Assembly: GCA_973895155.1 (NCBI GenBank)
Contig: OZ316898.1
Coordinates: 14,352,330 to 14,416,329 of the forward strand
From: Marsupella aquatica
Lineage: Eukaryota; Plantae; Marchantiophyta
Direction of reading: 5' to 3'
Length of the DNA stretch: 64,000 bases
Shown here: piece by piece, positions 49,420-62,800 of the stretch
How the letters are laid out: each line of letters begins with the position of its first letter
Position numbering within the stretch: the first letter of the stretch is position 1
Made by a program: the position numbers and the translations under genes
The notes under the pieces: model-generated
The model's database searches: none
Seen by the model: only the letters and a program-made list of their open reading frames with translations
Told to the model about the DNA's origin: nothing

Positions 49420-52400
49420 TCAGTTGCGATAGCCTATGCCAAAGTGAAATCTTCGGGCGTGATTGTCATTAAATGCATACTCTAAACGCAAGGGTCCCAA
49501 AGGTGAATCGACTCTAATCCCTGCACCATATCCGAAACCAGTCCCAGATTTGCCACGGACGCCGGCTGGGTCTCCTGATCACAATAGATTGTTCATGTAA
49601 AGTGAGAAAGATGACCAATTCTGCCAGCATTGCCTAGTGATCACAATATACAACGTAAGGAGGACAAACCATTTCCCCAACAGTATTACAACAGGTAGGA
49701 CAGAATGAAGTATACCTGGAACAGTTTTCCCCGATTTCAAATCTGTTCCATAATCACCAAAAATGGCTCCTTCGACTGGTCCAACCTGAATACCAAAGTA
49801 AAGACCAAGTTACTGAGTACTCTAGTGAACTTACACGACTGCAAATAGTTCGAAAAATGTATACACAGATCACGAACGAGAGAAAGGTGTGTCAACTCAC
49901 CAGAGGTACTGAAATTTCTGCGCTGGCAACGACGCAAGAACGGCCAGAGCCTACCGCCCCCTCATCATACCCACGAACACTATTGGTCCCTCCGATGGGA
50001 AATGCTTCATGAGGAGCAAGGTCACCAATAACAGTACCTCCTGAAAAGCTGCATACGAAGTTAAATAAATCAAACTAGAGCTGCTTTCAATTCATCTCTG
50101 GCAGCTCTTTCATTTACTTCTGGGTAACCAAATTACTTGAGTGCCACGCTCATTGTTTAGTGAACAACAGTTCATATTTGTACCCATATTGGATATAAAT
50201 AGCAAGAGCAGTCAGTCGACGCACTACAACAAGACGTATCTGCTCCTACATGTAACCCGGTGTGTGAAACTGGAAATTGCACTTTAACAATTGTCTACAA
50301 GAAGCTCAGAGGTAAGACTAATAAAGTAAGTACCTTGCTATGAATCGCAGCGGACCAAGTCGAAGACCCTGCCTGGCACGGACATTAATTCTATTGAAAA
50401 ATAGCCAATCAGTCGCAACGGGTAGTCCTTGCTCGGTATTGCAGACAAGCTGCAATTACGTTGTCGGTTAGTTCTTAAGATCCTCCTTCAAACGACCGTT
50501 TGACGGTTTGCACAGTAATCTCAAGAACAGTGGAGGGAAGGGACAGAATTTAAGATCAACTTGCCACTCACCTGGGATGAACCGTTGTCACCAGAATCTG
50601 TGTACACAGTCTCTAGCTTCGCAACCAGCATATCGTCGTACGCACGCCCACTGTACCAACAAGAATTCAAGCAACCGCACCAACACCTTAAGCTCATGAA
50701 GGAAAACTGGGTAATTTATTGTAAGCATCAACTCCAACAACAACGTAAGCGGCATGCCTCAGCCTTGTCAGAAAACTTCAGTGAAAAAACTAGGAATTTA
50801 AGTGTCAGCAAGGACTCATAATACGCTGTAAGTGAAGATTGAACAGACCTGAATGTAATGGGGCCTCCATACATGTCCAATAGCTTTGGGAGACCATGCT
50901 CATCGCGAGCCCCAGCACGCTGTCAGAATAAACTAATATTGTTAACTCTTCAAGAATGAAGAATGCATATTAAGTGGTTCTAACACAACTGATAACAAAT
51001 GCAGTGTGAAGAAACACTTCTGACGAACACTAGGCAATCTTCAATCCAGAACGTGTAGGGAAACTACGGCAGCCATGCAACCTGTGCAACAGCTACCAAG
51101 AAATGAAATACCCGGAGATAATTACAGGTACCACTAAGCCAGATCATGTACAATCACGCGTTAGTTGAGAGACCAGTTACGAAACCTGAAATCAAGAAAA
51201 CTAGCCAGATTGAAGTCTCTGACAGGGCAAAGATAAGATTCAAAACAATGAAGTGGCGTATATAATCGTGGTAGTGGTGGGAGAATATATGTCTATGATA
51301 ACTCCCACAGACTTCTACTTCGAAATACACGAAAGAATATACGAGCAGAATTGAGTTTAGTTATCATTCGCAGGCTCCATTAGATAGGCATCCAAAATGA
51401 TGCTATCCAAAAGTTTTTATCCAATTGAGTACAGTCACTGCCCCATGCACTGCACTGCAGCGTCCCATAAGATCAGGATGAGGATGTATTAATGACCTAA
51501 GAGCCACAGCTGAGCTCCACCTCATCATGGTACCCAATCCCAACACAGACAGTTCCTGGAGAGCTCGAGGACGCCCCTCAGATACAGGAGTGTAGCGTTC
51601 CTCTTGATGATCCTCCACATATGAACTGGGTAGTAACGATTCCTTAGCCTCTGTTCTTCTAACCGTGGAGCTCCAACAGTCCACGATGCACACTATAAGC
51701 AGCGCAGAAAGAAGACACGGGGTACAAAAGTACCTGAAAGTTAATACCGGCAGTACCACTCCACTTTGGACGCAACGGTCGGCTGTAATCTACTCCACCC
51801 GTTAGCCTTCCGATAGTCACCCCACCATGACTGGGACCTGATGATTGGGGTTCTCTTCGAATACCATGCACAATAGTTCCTGGGCTGCGTGAGTTCTGCA
51901 CAGATCATACACTGCCTCTCATCATGTTTCCTACTATCCTGGTTTAGATATGAATTGATGTTGCAACCCTAGATAAAGACTTGGTAAGCCTGTTAAAATA
52001 TGTTAGGGTGCTGAAAAGCTCAGGGTCAGTGAACAGAAAACGCACTGCGCCTTTTAAGTCGAGCAAAGCGGCCCACATATCTTCTGCACCTTCTAGGGCA
52101 ATCTTTTAGCAAGACTACAGGTCTCAACCAAGTACACAATATATCCTGCGACGCATCTTTCTTCCTGAGTTGGCGTACCTGAATATTAATAGACCTAGAA
52201 GTTCTTTTATCATCACCCTCAATCCAAGGGTCGGTGTAATTGATTCGAAACATTGAATCCACTTGGCCCCTCTCGACTGATATGTTCAGCTTTTGGTTCC
52301 GACCAAAAGCATTTCTATGTGAATAGGCAAAGCTGCACATCCACTCCGACAAGAGAATTGGTACAGACTTTCTTTCTGTTTACTGGTCAAGCATCGTTGC

Positions 52401-55400
52401 CTTACGATAAGTCTGCAAGCAAGGGGCTCCGGTGCTCAGACAGAGCACAGAAAAGGGGACACCCTGGTCAAACGACATACTCAATCACCTGTTCACACAC
52501 CATCAGGAACAGACTACTTGAGAGATGTACCTTCCAACGAGTCCCGAGAGTGCCCCATTTGTAATTCTGCAAAGAGCGAAAACAGCCAATTAAAAACATC
52601 AAAAGAATAACATCTAGGTATTTCCCAACTTCCTTGGCTGGGACTATTCTCAACCATTGCTAATAAAACAAGTGGAACCTGATCTCTGCAAGAAGAAATA
52701 AATGACTAAGCCAGCATACATGCCAGCATCTTGTGTAATCATCACGAACAACACGAAGAAGACCAAAGGCGTAAAGCCCAAGAAATTTGCAGACTCGTCG
52801 ACAATGCTTTACCCATTCCCTGACAATCCTCCACCAGCTGAAAAGCCTCCAGTGACCCGCTCCACTACATTCATTGTCAAGTCCACCATACCTGTATCTG
52901 CACTACACAATTTCTCATTAAAAATTGAACATCTGGAGTCTTAGCACGATGAAATAACCAACCCCCATCCAAAAACAGCCATGCATTCAAAGTACAACCT
53001 ACCACCAGCAGGTTGTGGTACAAGATTAACATCCTCCATGATGCCCATAGTAAACACAGTCTCTACATCTCGTCTTCCCTGCTGCAAACTATAAACCTGC
53101 ATTCAGTCAACCAACTTTTTACCTGAGATTCTTATTTTTGAAATTTTCAAGCCTTGGCAAACTTGCACTGTGAATCCTTCCTTAGCTGACGTAATTCAAG
53201 ATATAGATGCTTCCTCCATCACTTTCAGGAGGAATTCAGAGTGCTGGCCACAGGCATTTCAAGGGAAGTGTCGGCTGCAGTTCAGTCTACGAAGGCATCT
53301 CGTACACATACGGGGAATGACAGGTATGCTGACAATTCTGTGAACATAACCTTTCAAAGCTTCCTCTACAGTCAGATAATTGCTGGCCTTCTGAATCATG
53401 GAAAGATGAGGGAAGACAGGTTCGTTTTCAAATTATCCAAGACAAGAACCTTGTTCACAAAATCCCACGGCATGATAAAAGTCATCATATGAACTTGCCT
53501 GCCCCTTCTTAGTAGTCAATTGTCGGAGGAGAGTCTCTGGTTGGGTCTTGCCAATTGTTGGCTCTCCGCTGCAATACAATCGCAGATGAGAATTCAACTT
53601 TTAATATTTTGGTGACCAAAATTACAGCCAGAGCACCAAATACCTCTGAACTAAGAGCCATGTACAGTAAGGCTCTGGTGAACCAATTTGATGAGGAACA
53701 ATCCACTACAGTAGTGATAACCTACGTTTTCCTATCAAGAAATCGAATGTTGATGTTGTGGACTTCAGCTTCTGCAACCTGAACTCTAATGACACCATCT
53801 GATAATAGTTCCACGTCCATGACCTGCAACCATCAGCTTGGGATAGTCAGTTCTGCTTAAATTGAAGTAGACGCTAGAATATAAATTTGGACCAACTCGA
53901 AAATCAACAAAATAAAGTAACATTCCTTCGGACAGTGTATGTCTGAGGTCAGAAGTGTGACACAAGAGTCTGTAAGCGAAGGGACCTTAGAGCAAGATCT
54001 TGCTGCATACCTGTCCAAACAGGCCCCTGTCTCTGTACCAGCCATTAAGGGTGTCCAATACTGTGTTAAGGCGTGAAATATTCACCACCTTTCCTGAAGT
54101 ATTCAAGACAATGAAATGTTAAGACAAAGATATCCAACGGTCGCTACGGCTTCGTAAGTCTCCTGGTGACGAAAGCAAATGAAATGGGATAACTAATGGA
54201 AGTATAACAAAGAATGATGTCGAACTCATTCGCAGATAAAATAATAGGCACGTCTGCTTGCCTCATACAGTTTGAGGTCAACCGACTTCTAGAATACGCA
54301 AGTCATAGGAGAGGTTTACCGTATTCCTGTTTGAACGCATCCTCTATTACCCTTGTAGGGAGGGCATTGGCACCATAACACACGAGCCCTTTCAGCTCCT
54401 GATTTGGCTCGACCTTCAATTTCAATGTTCGCAACAGTAAGAAAACGTGCAGTCTGGGACCAAAAACATTTGCATAGCTCTAACAAATGATGCCCCATGA
54501 GAGGGGCTATCACAGAAAGACAACCCACCTCTTCAGGAGTCAAAGGATTCACTTGCCTAGAGGCAGTCGATCAGGGGAATATGCTTCTAAGCTCTCCCCC
54601 CAAATGACCATAAAATTACGAACCGTATAAGCGAGAATTACCAATGTGGCAAACACACCAGCCAAGCTCTTTCTGATTTTCTAGTTAACGAGACTTTGAA
54701 ATATCCATCTCCGCAGTTCCCTCGTGCAAGAAAAAATTACAGCAGCATCTTGCTTATCACAGACAAGTCGTGGTTGGAAAAACAATATTGATTTCCTGAA
54801 CGGATCGACTAACAATGCAGTTGTTGGGGGAATTGCCCACACGTGCTGGTTTAAGGTTGATAGACATCGTTAAAGAGGGCCAGATGAAACAGAACAGAAA
54901 CTTTACGGGGAATGCCATATTCACACAACACTACTAAGCACCCTGGACGCAAGATGCATGAATTTTGGAGATTGTAGCTGAGACAGCGCTCATTGAGGAG
55001 GTCGCAATTTTTGTTTTAAATGATACGAGATTTGAAGATGCACCAGTACCAGGGAAGAATAAAACCGTACCTTGAAAATGAGCCGCACGCCATCTCGCGT
55101 ATCTTCCGCAGAAGGCATGCAGGAGGCAAATAACCCAGTTTCGATGATTCGGTGCACATCTTCTTGCACTTCGGTCGTCGTGAGAGCGAAATTCGGTTTA
55201 CAAGCTTTCATCGCTCCACGCACAGTCGCCAACAGTTCGTTGTCCTGTACTTCCTGCCCATCTTTGTCTTGAATAAGAATCTCGCTAATAAGAACCCTCT
55301 CTTCCTCTGCTCGACGATCTTGCGCTCCTTGGGCCCCATTCCCTCGCCTCCCACCCGGAATCCTATCAGCTGGAATTCTCTCTGATCGGCGACTGGCACC

Positions 55401-55826
55401 CGAATCCCTCCCCTGTTGTGCGGTGCTGTCAATCTCAGCAGCCACTGCCAGCGACACGGAGCATATCGCAGCCGATACAGCTCTATCCAAGCCCCTGGCT
55501 CGACTGGCTAGAGCCGTCCCTACGAAGGACTTCACCTTCTCAGCCTCGGATTCCCACTTCGCCCGTGCAGAGTGCAAAAACGCCTCCGCATTCCTCACCG
55601 CCTCCTGAAGCGGATTTCGAAACACTTCCAAGTAGTCCCTCCCATTCCTCCTCGGCCGGGCTGCAGGTACTCCCCGCTTCCTTCCCGGTCGCTCCAATTC
55701 TGGAATCATGGTGCTGCTGCATGTTGACGAGGACGACGTGCAGGACGACACCGGAAGCTTCACCGAGGAGAACGAAATGCGCGCTGGCCGCGGCGAGCAC
55801 GCGCCTGGAGTCGCCTTAGCGCGCAT
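49420..55826 (-). CDS. OEP80: Chloroplast outer envelope protein 80 (Toc75-V, Omp85/BamA family), multi-exon; first exon 55071-55826
   Basis: Ser-rich transit-like N-terminus; [17 protein letters not shown]...[13 protein letters not shown]...[11 protein letters not shown]; [19 protein letters not shown]; [24 protein letters not shown]; C-terminus [21 protein letters not shown]...FHFGIGYRN*. Confidence 0.95.
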
Positions 55827-58800
55827 GCTTCCTCCCACTCACTCCCTCCTCCTCATTCAGCAGCACCGGATAATTGTATCGCACATTCCATCACGTCGTT
55901 CTTCGTCTCGCAATCCTCGTTCACATTACAATATCTCTAGAGCAAATGAATGGACGAGAAGCCAAACCAACGAGCAGTGTGAGTGATCAGACAGAACAGA
56001 AGGGAAGAGAAGAGAAGTGAAGAGAAGAGAGCTTGCTCGTTCGTATGCCATACCTCAAAGAGTTCTCTCGTTCCTGATGAAACCCCAAACCCAATGAAAC
56101 CTAAAAGCCGGCCCAGCCTATCCCGGGTGGGTCGGGGCCCACAATATCCCCAAGTCCCTCGTGCGCAGGCCAAGTGGAATTCCCAGTGAGAGTGGCGGGT
56201 GTCCTAATGCGCATTGGCCCCCATGCTTTTAGAGTTCATCAGTCACCTCTGCCTAATAGGAGTCCCAAAACCGCAAAACTTGATGTACCTTAATTAAACT
56301 AGAGTAAGGTTATGAAGAGAAAAAGTTATGAGGACGCTACCAAATTCATAATAGGGCGCCCTCAGACACGGATGATTCTCAAAGGTTCATAGATGCTGAT
56401 GATGGTTTTTGGGCATAAACAAATGGCCACAGCTTTTTCACAAGGTTATGGAAAAGTTTGTTTATTGTTTGCTAGCCTCTGTAGTGATTTATGGTCATAG
56501 TATATATCATCAATCTTTATTGCAAAAAGTTATGGATCATGAGTTGGTTCTCCATAACCTTTTATGTCAATGACCTTGAGTTCCACCAATTTGTTAGGTT
56601 TGAGATCCCCTAACACAGAACATTTTGCAGTTTGACCATAAGTCACCGTAGAGACTACAAGTAACTGTAGAGATTGGTGGGAAGAAATTAAAAACCTTCT
56701 ACACAACCCTGTGAACAAATTTACAGCCATTTGTTTATGGCCAGAAGCCACCACCGGGAATGATGATGTTCTACAATGTCCTAGTAAGTCAACATTTGGT
56801 AGTGTAGCATAGCCAGTTAGCTTGCTGGTAGTGCATAACCTCCCTTTTTTTCCCTGGAGAATCAATAGTTAGAATCTTGAAAATTGTGTGTCAAAAAACC
56901 TAAGAAAGTTTTAAATATACCACCTCCAGACTAGGTCTAGATTCTGTGACAAAAATGCTCACCATATGAAAAGTGGGCCCCTCACATCCCAATTAGTACT
57001 AGGAAAATTAGAGTAGGCACTGGCCTGGCTCCTGTCATTATGTAGACTGAAGTGTATTTGGGCATCTCTAGTCAATGGTTTAGACTCCTTGGATCACCAA
57101 AGTAAAATGCATTGCTACTCCAGTTGTTATGTGTAGGATAACCTATGGGCTGAAGTCTGTTGTGGCATGTACTCCTTGTATGTTTGAGCACGGGGGACTA
57201 TAGCCCATGGATTACCAACTGAAGCATAAAGCTTCCTTGTTAGTCTTCAAAAAACTATACTTTGGAGCAGTTGTACCCTCATTAATGTCAGCAACACAAA
57301 GAATTAAATCAGAGAAGTTTGGGGGCCAAGCTACTCCAGGTAGCAAGGACATATGACCCAGAGCCTTCAATGAAAATACAAATTAAGGACAATGACTATT
57401 TATGTACTGTAGGTCTTTCTTCAATTGGTGGGCTACTAGTGATTGTCTGTGTAAAACCTACCAAGGGCACATCAATGACTAAACATGGAATTTTAAGGCT
57501 GCGCACAGCTTAGGCCTTGTTGGTCCTGACTTGAAGATGTTGCAATGGGCACCAGGTTGAACAAAGTTGTTAGTTGCGTATTCTTTGGCAACAGGGTTGA
57601 TAATATTGTCCAGTCACAGAAGCCCAACCCTGGCTTCCTTGTTCCCTCACAAGATGGTTAGCAGCACCTTGATGGCAAGTTACCAATTCACACTTCAAGC
57701 GAATGTCAAACGTACGGGTTCTCACTGCTCCTCATTCTCCACAAAGCTACTATGAACATTTCCAGCTACCCAGGAGCACACCAGAAGTGTGAAAAAGGCT
57801 AGGAGCTTCAGTCTGACCTTGAGTGAAGAGATGGCAATCACAGCCACTAGTATGAGAAATAGTCCCAACAATGGTCAAACACTTGATGATGGTTGAGACT
57901 TGATTTTGATACACCTACTGTAGCTGGTATCAACTCCATTGTTGGGAGGGTGCATGTGGTGCTTTTGCACAATGATGGGAATGTGGGCGGATGCACAAGT
58001 GTAACACACCATGTTATGATTGAGATCACTGCATTGTCAAAGAACTGCACTGGATTCTTGCGTCATAGTGCTAGTCTATACTCCCCTGATCAACCAGGGA
58101 GGACTGAACTGTTCGCCCCAACTCTAAGGTACTAAATTCAGCTCATCTCTTGGCTGTGTTTAAGTTGTTGTCCCTATTCCACTCCGGCTCAAAGGCTGTC
58201 AATAACTGTTTATGGGGACCTTTGGGCAGTCCTTGGCATTGCAACACTTGGTTAGCATGTGTTTTGATCCTTTGGTTTTGTTTGTCTCTGTAGCCCATTT
58301 TTTCCGCAGTGGTTGTTAGAATTCAATGGGGTGCGCAGTCTCACTTGTAAAAAAGGAAATAAAGGCTTTATGTAAAGATGCCATATTAGCTTTATCATTA
58401 CAGGTGGTTGCTTCAAGCCATTCAGAAATGACAACAACAATTTTCAGAGGGTTGTGTAAAGTATGTATGTTTTTAGTTTTTGTTTTACTAGACTCTATAG
58501 TGACTTACCATATTTCATATGATGATTATTTACTATAAAATGCTATCTAGCTATGTAGTCGTGATTGAAAGCTACTCTTTGGGGCCTAGAGTCTAGATTG
58601 AAGCCTCTAGACCATAACTCTGGTTTGAAGCTGACATTGCAAGTGGGAAACAGGGATTGGGGGCAGGATGAGTCTCAAAAAATGGCACAACAAGCTTAAA
58701 TGTACTCAACTCTATTAGTGCTCAAAAGAATGGCACGTACACTAATCCGGTTCTCCATAACTTTTTTTGTTCGTAACCTTAACTGGTGGAACCTAGTGGT

Positions 58801-58884
58801 TGAAGTACATCAAGGTTTGAGACCCAGTGTTACAGAGATCCAATGAACACCCGTGTGTGCCAGAGTAGTTTCTTAAGGTTTTTT

Positions 58885-59275
58885 CCTTTTTGGCTTGTGG
58901 CCAGTGTCACCTTGTGTGAAGGAGAATATGCTAGGAATACTCCTGATTCAATTTTCCTAGATCACGTTCTGGCTATCAGATCTCCCTCAACATAACTATG
59001 TCTGGTAGATTGTGGCTAAGGGTTGTGTGGCTAGGTGAGAAATTGGAAAGTCGAAGACAGGAATGTAGTTATTTTTGCCTGTGTGGCCAATGCCACCGAA
59101 GGAGGAGATGCAAGGGAATATTACTAATTTAATTTACTATGGTACTTCTGAACGTCAGATCTCCATAGATTTAAGGATGGCTGTGTTAGATTCTGATTTA
59201 TAGGGTGCGGCTAAGTGGAAAAGTGGCTAGTAGAAAACAGGAATGTAACGAATTTTCGCCGAAGTGGCTAATAGT
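58885..59275. repeat. Degenerate tandem repeat, about 2.2 x 185 bp
   Basis: GTGGCCA.TG.CACC...AAGGAG...GGAATA...TCAGATCTCC...GGCTA.GT...ACAGGAATGTA repeated. Confidence 0.7.
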
Positions 59276-59875
59276 TTTTAGAGAAGTGAAATATAAGCGA
59301 AGTTTAGCCACCAAATATTCGCCACTGAACTACAGGAGAAACGCTGGTTTGCGCCCCTGAGTCAATGTTTGCCCTTTCCAAACTCAGGCGACTTATTTCG
59401 GGTCTTCTACTCATCACTTTCGTTGTCGAAGAATACAGGCCTGAATCGAGCAACCTGAGGTGCAATGGCAGCGTGAAGGGAAGAGCTCGAGCTTGCATAA
59501 TTTGTGGCGCTGTCGTGCTGGTTGCATTGCTGCATACGAGCCGCAAAATGCACTGAAGCTGAGTGCATTTCTACGGAACTGTGGGGACCAGCCTCCTCGA
59601 CAGCGGGTCAAGAAAAAAGAAATACACTCGATTAATAATAGTGTTGTGTGGAGAGCTCCGCGCATATGGAGGACGCGAAGGATGCGCAGCTCGGGCTCTG
59701 GGAGCTCAACATAGGGGGCGTCCAGCCCGTCCGCACTGCCGCTCTGGTTCGCCAAAATGCATCCGGGCTCCAATTCAAGAGGTAACATTCTTGCCGATGT
59801 CATGTCACGTCCAACAGAGAGCACAGAGAGGCGCGGCTGATTAAGTTGTCGTCGAAGAAGCCAATTAGCCTGGCG

Positions 59876-62800
59876 ATGTCTCTCTATTTACCGATCGAAA
59901 CGAACTATGTGGAATGGGGAGTTGTGCCTATTTTGCACGTGGCAGACTTGCACAGTTCCAGCTCGTTCGCAATTTCAGATGTGAGGGTATACATTAATTG
60001 AGGGCAACCAGAGGACCAATTAAAGGAATGCCTTGAAGCTGATATCTTCAATGTCGGTTCCGCAGAAATGCACGGGCTGTTTCGCTCGGACTATGGAAGA
60101 ATCTGAAGTCGGCCTTCCTGCCCGAGGTAATCGATCACCGTTTGCTGTATGAATTTAAAAGAACTTGGCTTTGGCCTGCAGGGTAGATTGACCTGTAGTG
60201 CCAGGTGCACATCATGGCGACATTTTGATAATTAACTCGCGCTGTCACGAGTGGTCCAGCTGCGGAAAAGGTCAGGCAAGAGTTTTGAGTTAGGAGTTAG
60301 GAGTTAGGAGTCTTCCTTTTTCTCTCATTTTGAACGCATTCTGTTTTCAAGTTACGTCGTCTCCATTAACACCAGTATCTGTGTTGCAGGGCTATCCAAA
60401 CAGTGTCACTGCGGACTACCTTCCTTTCCAGACTTGGGATACTTTGCAGGTGTGCACATTAGCCCCATTTTCTGCTTTTGTACGATTATTAATCAATTCG
60501 TCGGTGTTATACATGGCAGCTTGCCACTCCTGTGTCTTGTACAACCCATGTGCTGAACTGAAGCACTCGTTTCTTCAAAGCCGATGTTTGTGCCAATTCC
60601 TGTTTCTCATTCAAACTTGTGACGGCTAATATTTGTTTTCTGTATTCATCTCTCTAATCTCGTATTTGGATTGCTAATGCCCAACAGGGTCTTTCTACCT
60701 ACGTACGAAGCATGCTCTCCACTCAGGTGAAGCTAATCGCGAATATTAGACTCCTGTCCTTTCATGCTTCCCATTTCACTCCATACCGTTTTCATTGTTG
60801 GGATTCTCATGTCTTACTGGGTATCAGTGTCTGATTAGGCTTGCAGGCCCTTCTTGGAGGGATAGGAGTGGGTGAAACAAAAGCAACCGTAGTGGGAGCA
60901 ACATTTCAGGTGGGAAAGAGCTGTCCAGGCACCAAGATGGTTATTTGCTGATAGGAATATCTATAAGGCTGGATCTTTTAATGTCCTTTTCGATGTGCAA
61001 GCAAGATAATGAGGTCCCTTCAGTCTCTCCTCTGTATTCGGTTTACTATATAGGTTCACTTCAGTATCTACTTAATTCAAAGAAGCAAGTCCCACTCAAC
61101 CACTTTTTTTCCTGTGGTTGCAGTGGTTTCTGCGTGATTTTACGGGAATGCTCGGCGGAATTCTATTTACCCTCTATCAAGTTAAGTCCTCTTGAGAGTA
61201 TAAATTGTTGTCTAAGACCAACAAAGGTCGACTCTCTTAGATTTTTATTCGTGCATTTTACCGTGAATGTGGCAGCATTTCATCGCAGTTCAAATGTTTT
61301 CGTTCCGTGCAGAGTAACTGCTACTGCTTGTAGACTTATCGTCTTGGTTGGTTTTTTGTCGTCTCTCCTCTGTGTGGGTGGGTGGGATGATGGTTCTTCA
61401 GGGCTCGAACTTAGACAGCAGCGCCAAACAATGGCGCCTTGCTGCCGATTTCCTGAATGATATGGGTATGACAACTGATCTACACTGGACCTTGGTGTGG
61501 GAATCCTTACCAATAAATTTTGTTCCAAGCTAATGACTGTCACTGCTTGTGCAGGGATGTTGATGGACCTGATTTCGCCCCTGTTCCCTGGCTCTTTTCT
61601 CACCATCTTGTGTATAGGCAGCATTGCAAGAGCCATCAGTGAGTCTGCTTAATAATTTGTATTGAATCGCTCTTAACCGGATGTTCATGTTGTGGTCTGA
61701 TTGTTCTAGAAATTCATTAGTTGTGTTCGCATTCAAGTTTGCGGCCAGTAAGAAGGCATGCTTAAGCAGTGCTTGTTTTCATCGTAATAGCTGGAACAGC
61801 AAGTGGAGCTACAAGAGCAGCCCTAACTCAGCACTTCGCCGTACGACAGAATGCCGCAGATGTGCAAGCAAAGGTGCTATCTGGCATCACTAAACAGTTT
61901 CATGGTCTATGGTCTAGGTTTTAACTATGACACGTCGCATTCATGTAATACATTCAATCAGGTGTAATTGTCTTAGATAGTTCAGACCATTACATGCAGG
62001 AGGGGAGTCAGGAGACAGCTGCTACCATGGTGGGCATGTTGCTGGGGATGGTTGTTGCACGTGCAACAGCCGGTGACGCTGTTGCCATGTGGATATCGTT
62101 TTTGGTCCTCACAGCTTTCCACATGTATGGTATGTTACTTTCATCACATGAGAAGACTTAGTTGTATCAGTACCAACACTTCCCAAAAGTGAAGAAGGTC
62201 AAAATCTTAACAAAAGTGAAGAAGGTAGAATATTAAAGACAGTTCAAATACTTTTGAGCTATTATGCTGTGCCAGAAACCATTGTTGGTGATTTTGGAGT
62301 ATTCTTGCACTCACCACTGATATTCTGTGGTTGTCGTTGCTAACGGGCTGTCTTTGCAGCAAACTACAGGGCGGTTCGAAGTCTTTGTCTGACTAGCCTC
62401 AATCCTGAAAGAACACAAATTCTTTTGCGATCATACCTGAGGCACGATACAGGTCTCCTAGCTTGACATTCTTGATCGACGTCGTACCTTGTGTTTCGGT
62501 TACTGAATTCTCTAGCCGTCAAGATTGTCATTTCCTGATTAATCTTCCCTTACTTAGAAGTGCATTCCTGCGTCATTAGTTATGATCCATATCCCTTGGT
62601 CTTGCTTTGGAATACCCACTTCCTGAGCGATGGTAAACAAATTTTCCCTACCAAAATTCAAGGTGTCATTTTGGTCCACTTGAATAGGGACAATTTGAAT
62701 GAGATAAGTTAAGTGAATTTGATGTCAACGCAATTTGTATACAGGCATGATATGTCTGTATACATTCAGTGTTTTCCAAGCGCAAGTGGTTTCCAAGACA

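Noticed and set aside
57760-57970. Hydrophobic minus-strand frame reminiscent of a viral triple-gene-block protein
   Set aside because: The diagnostic GGxYxDG motif is absent and the frame contains stops.
60287-60311. (GAGTTAG)n run resembling a telomere repeat
   Set aside because: Not TTTAGGG; a short intronic microsatellite.
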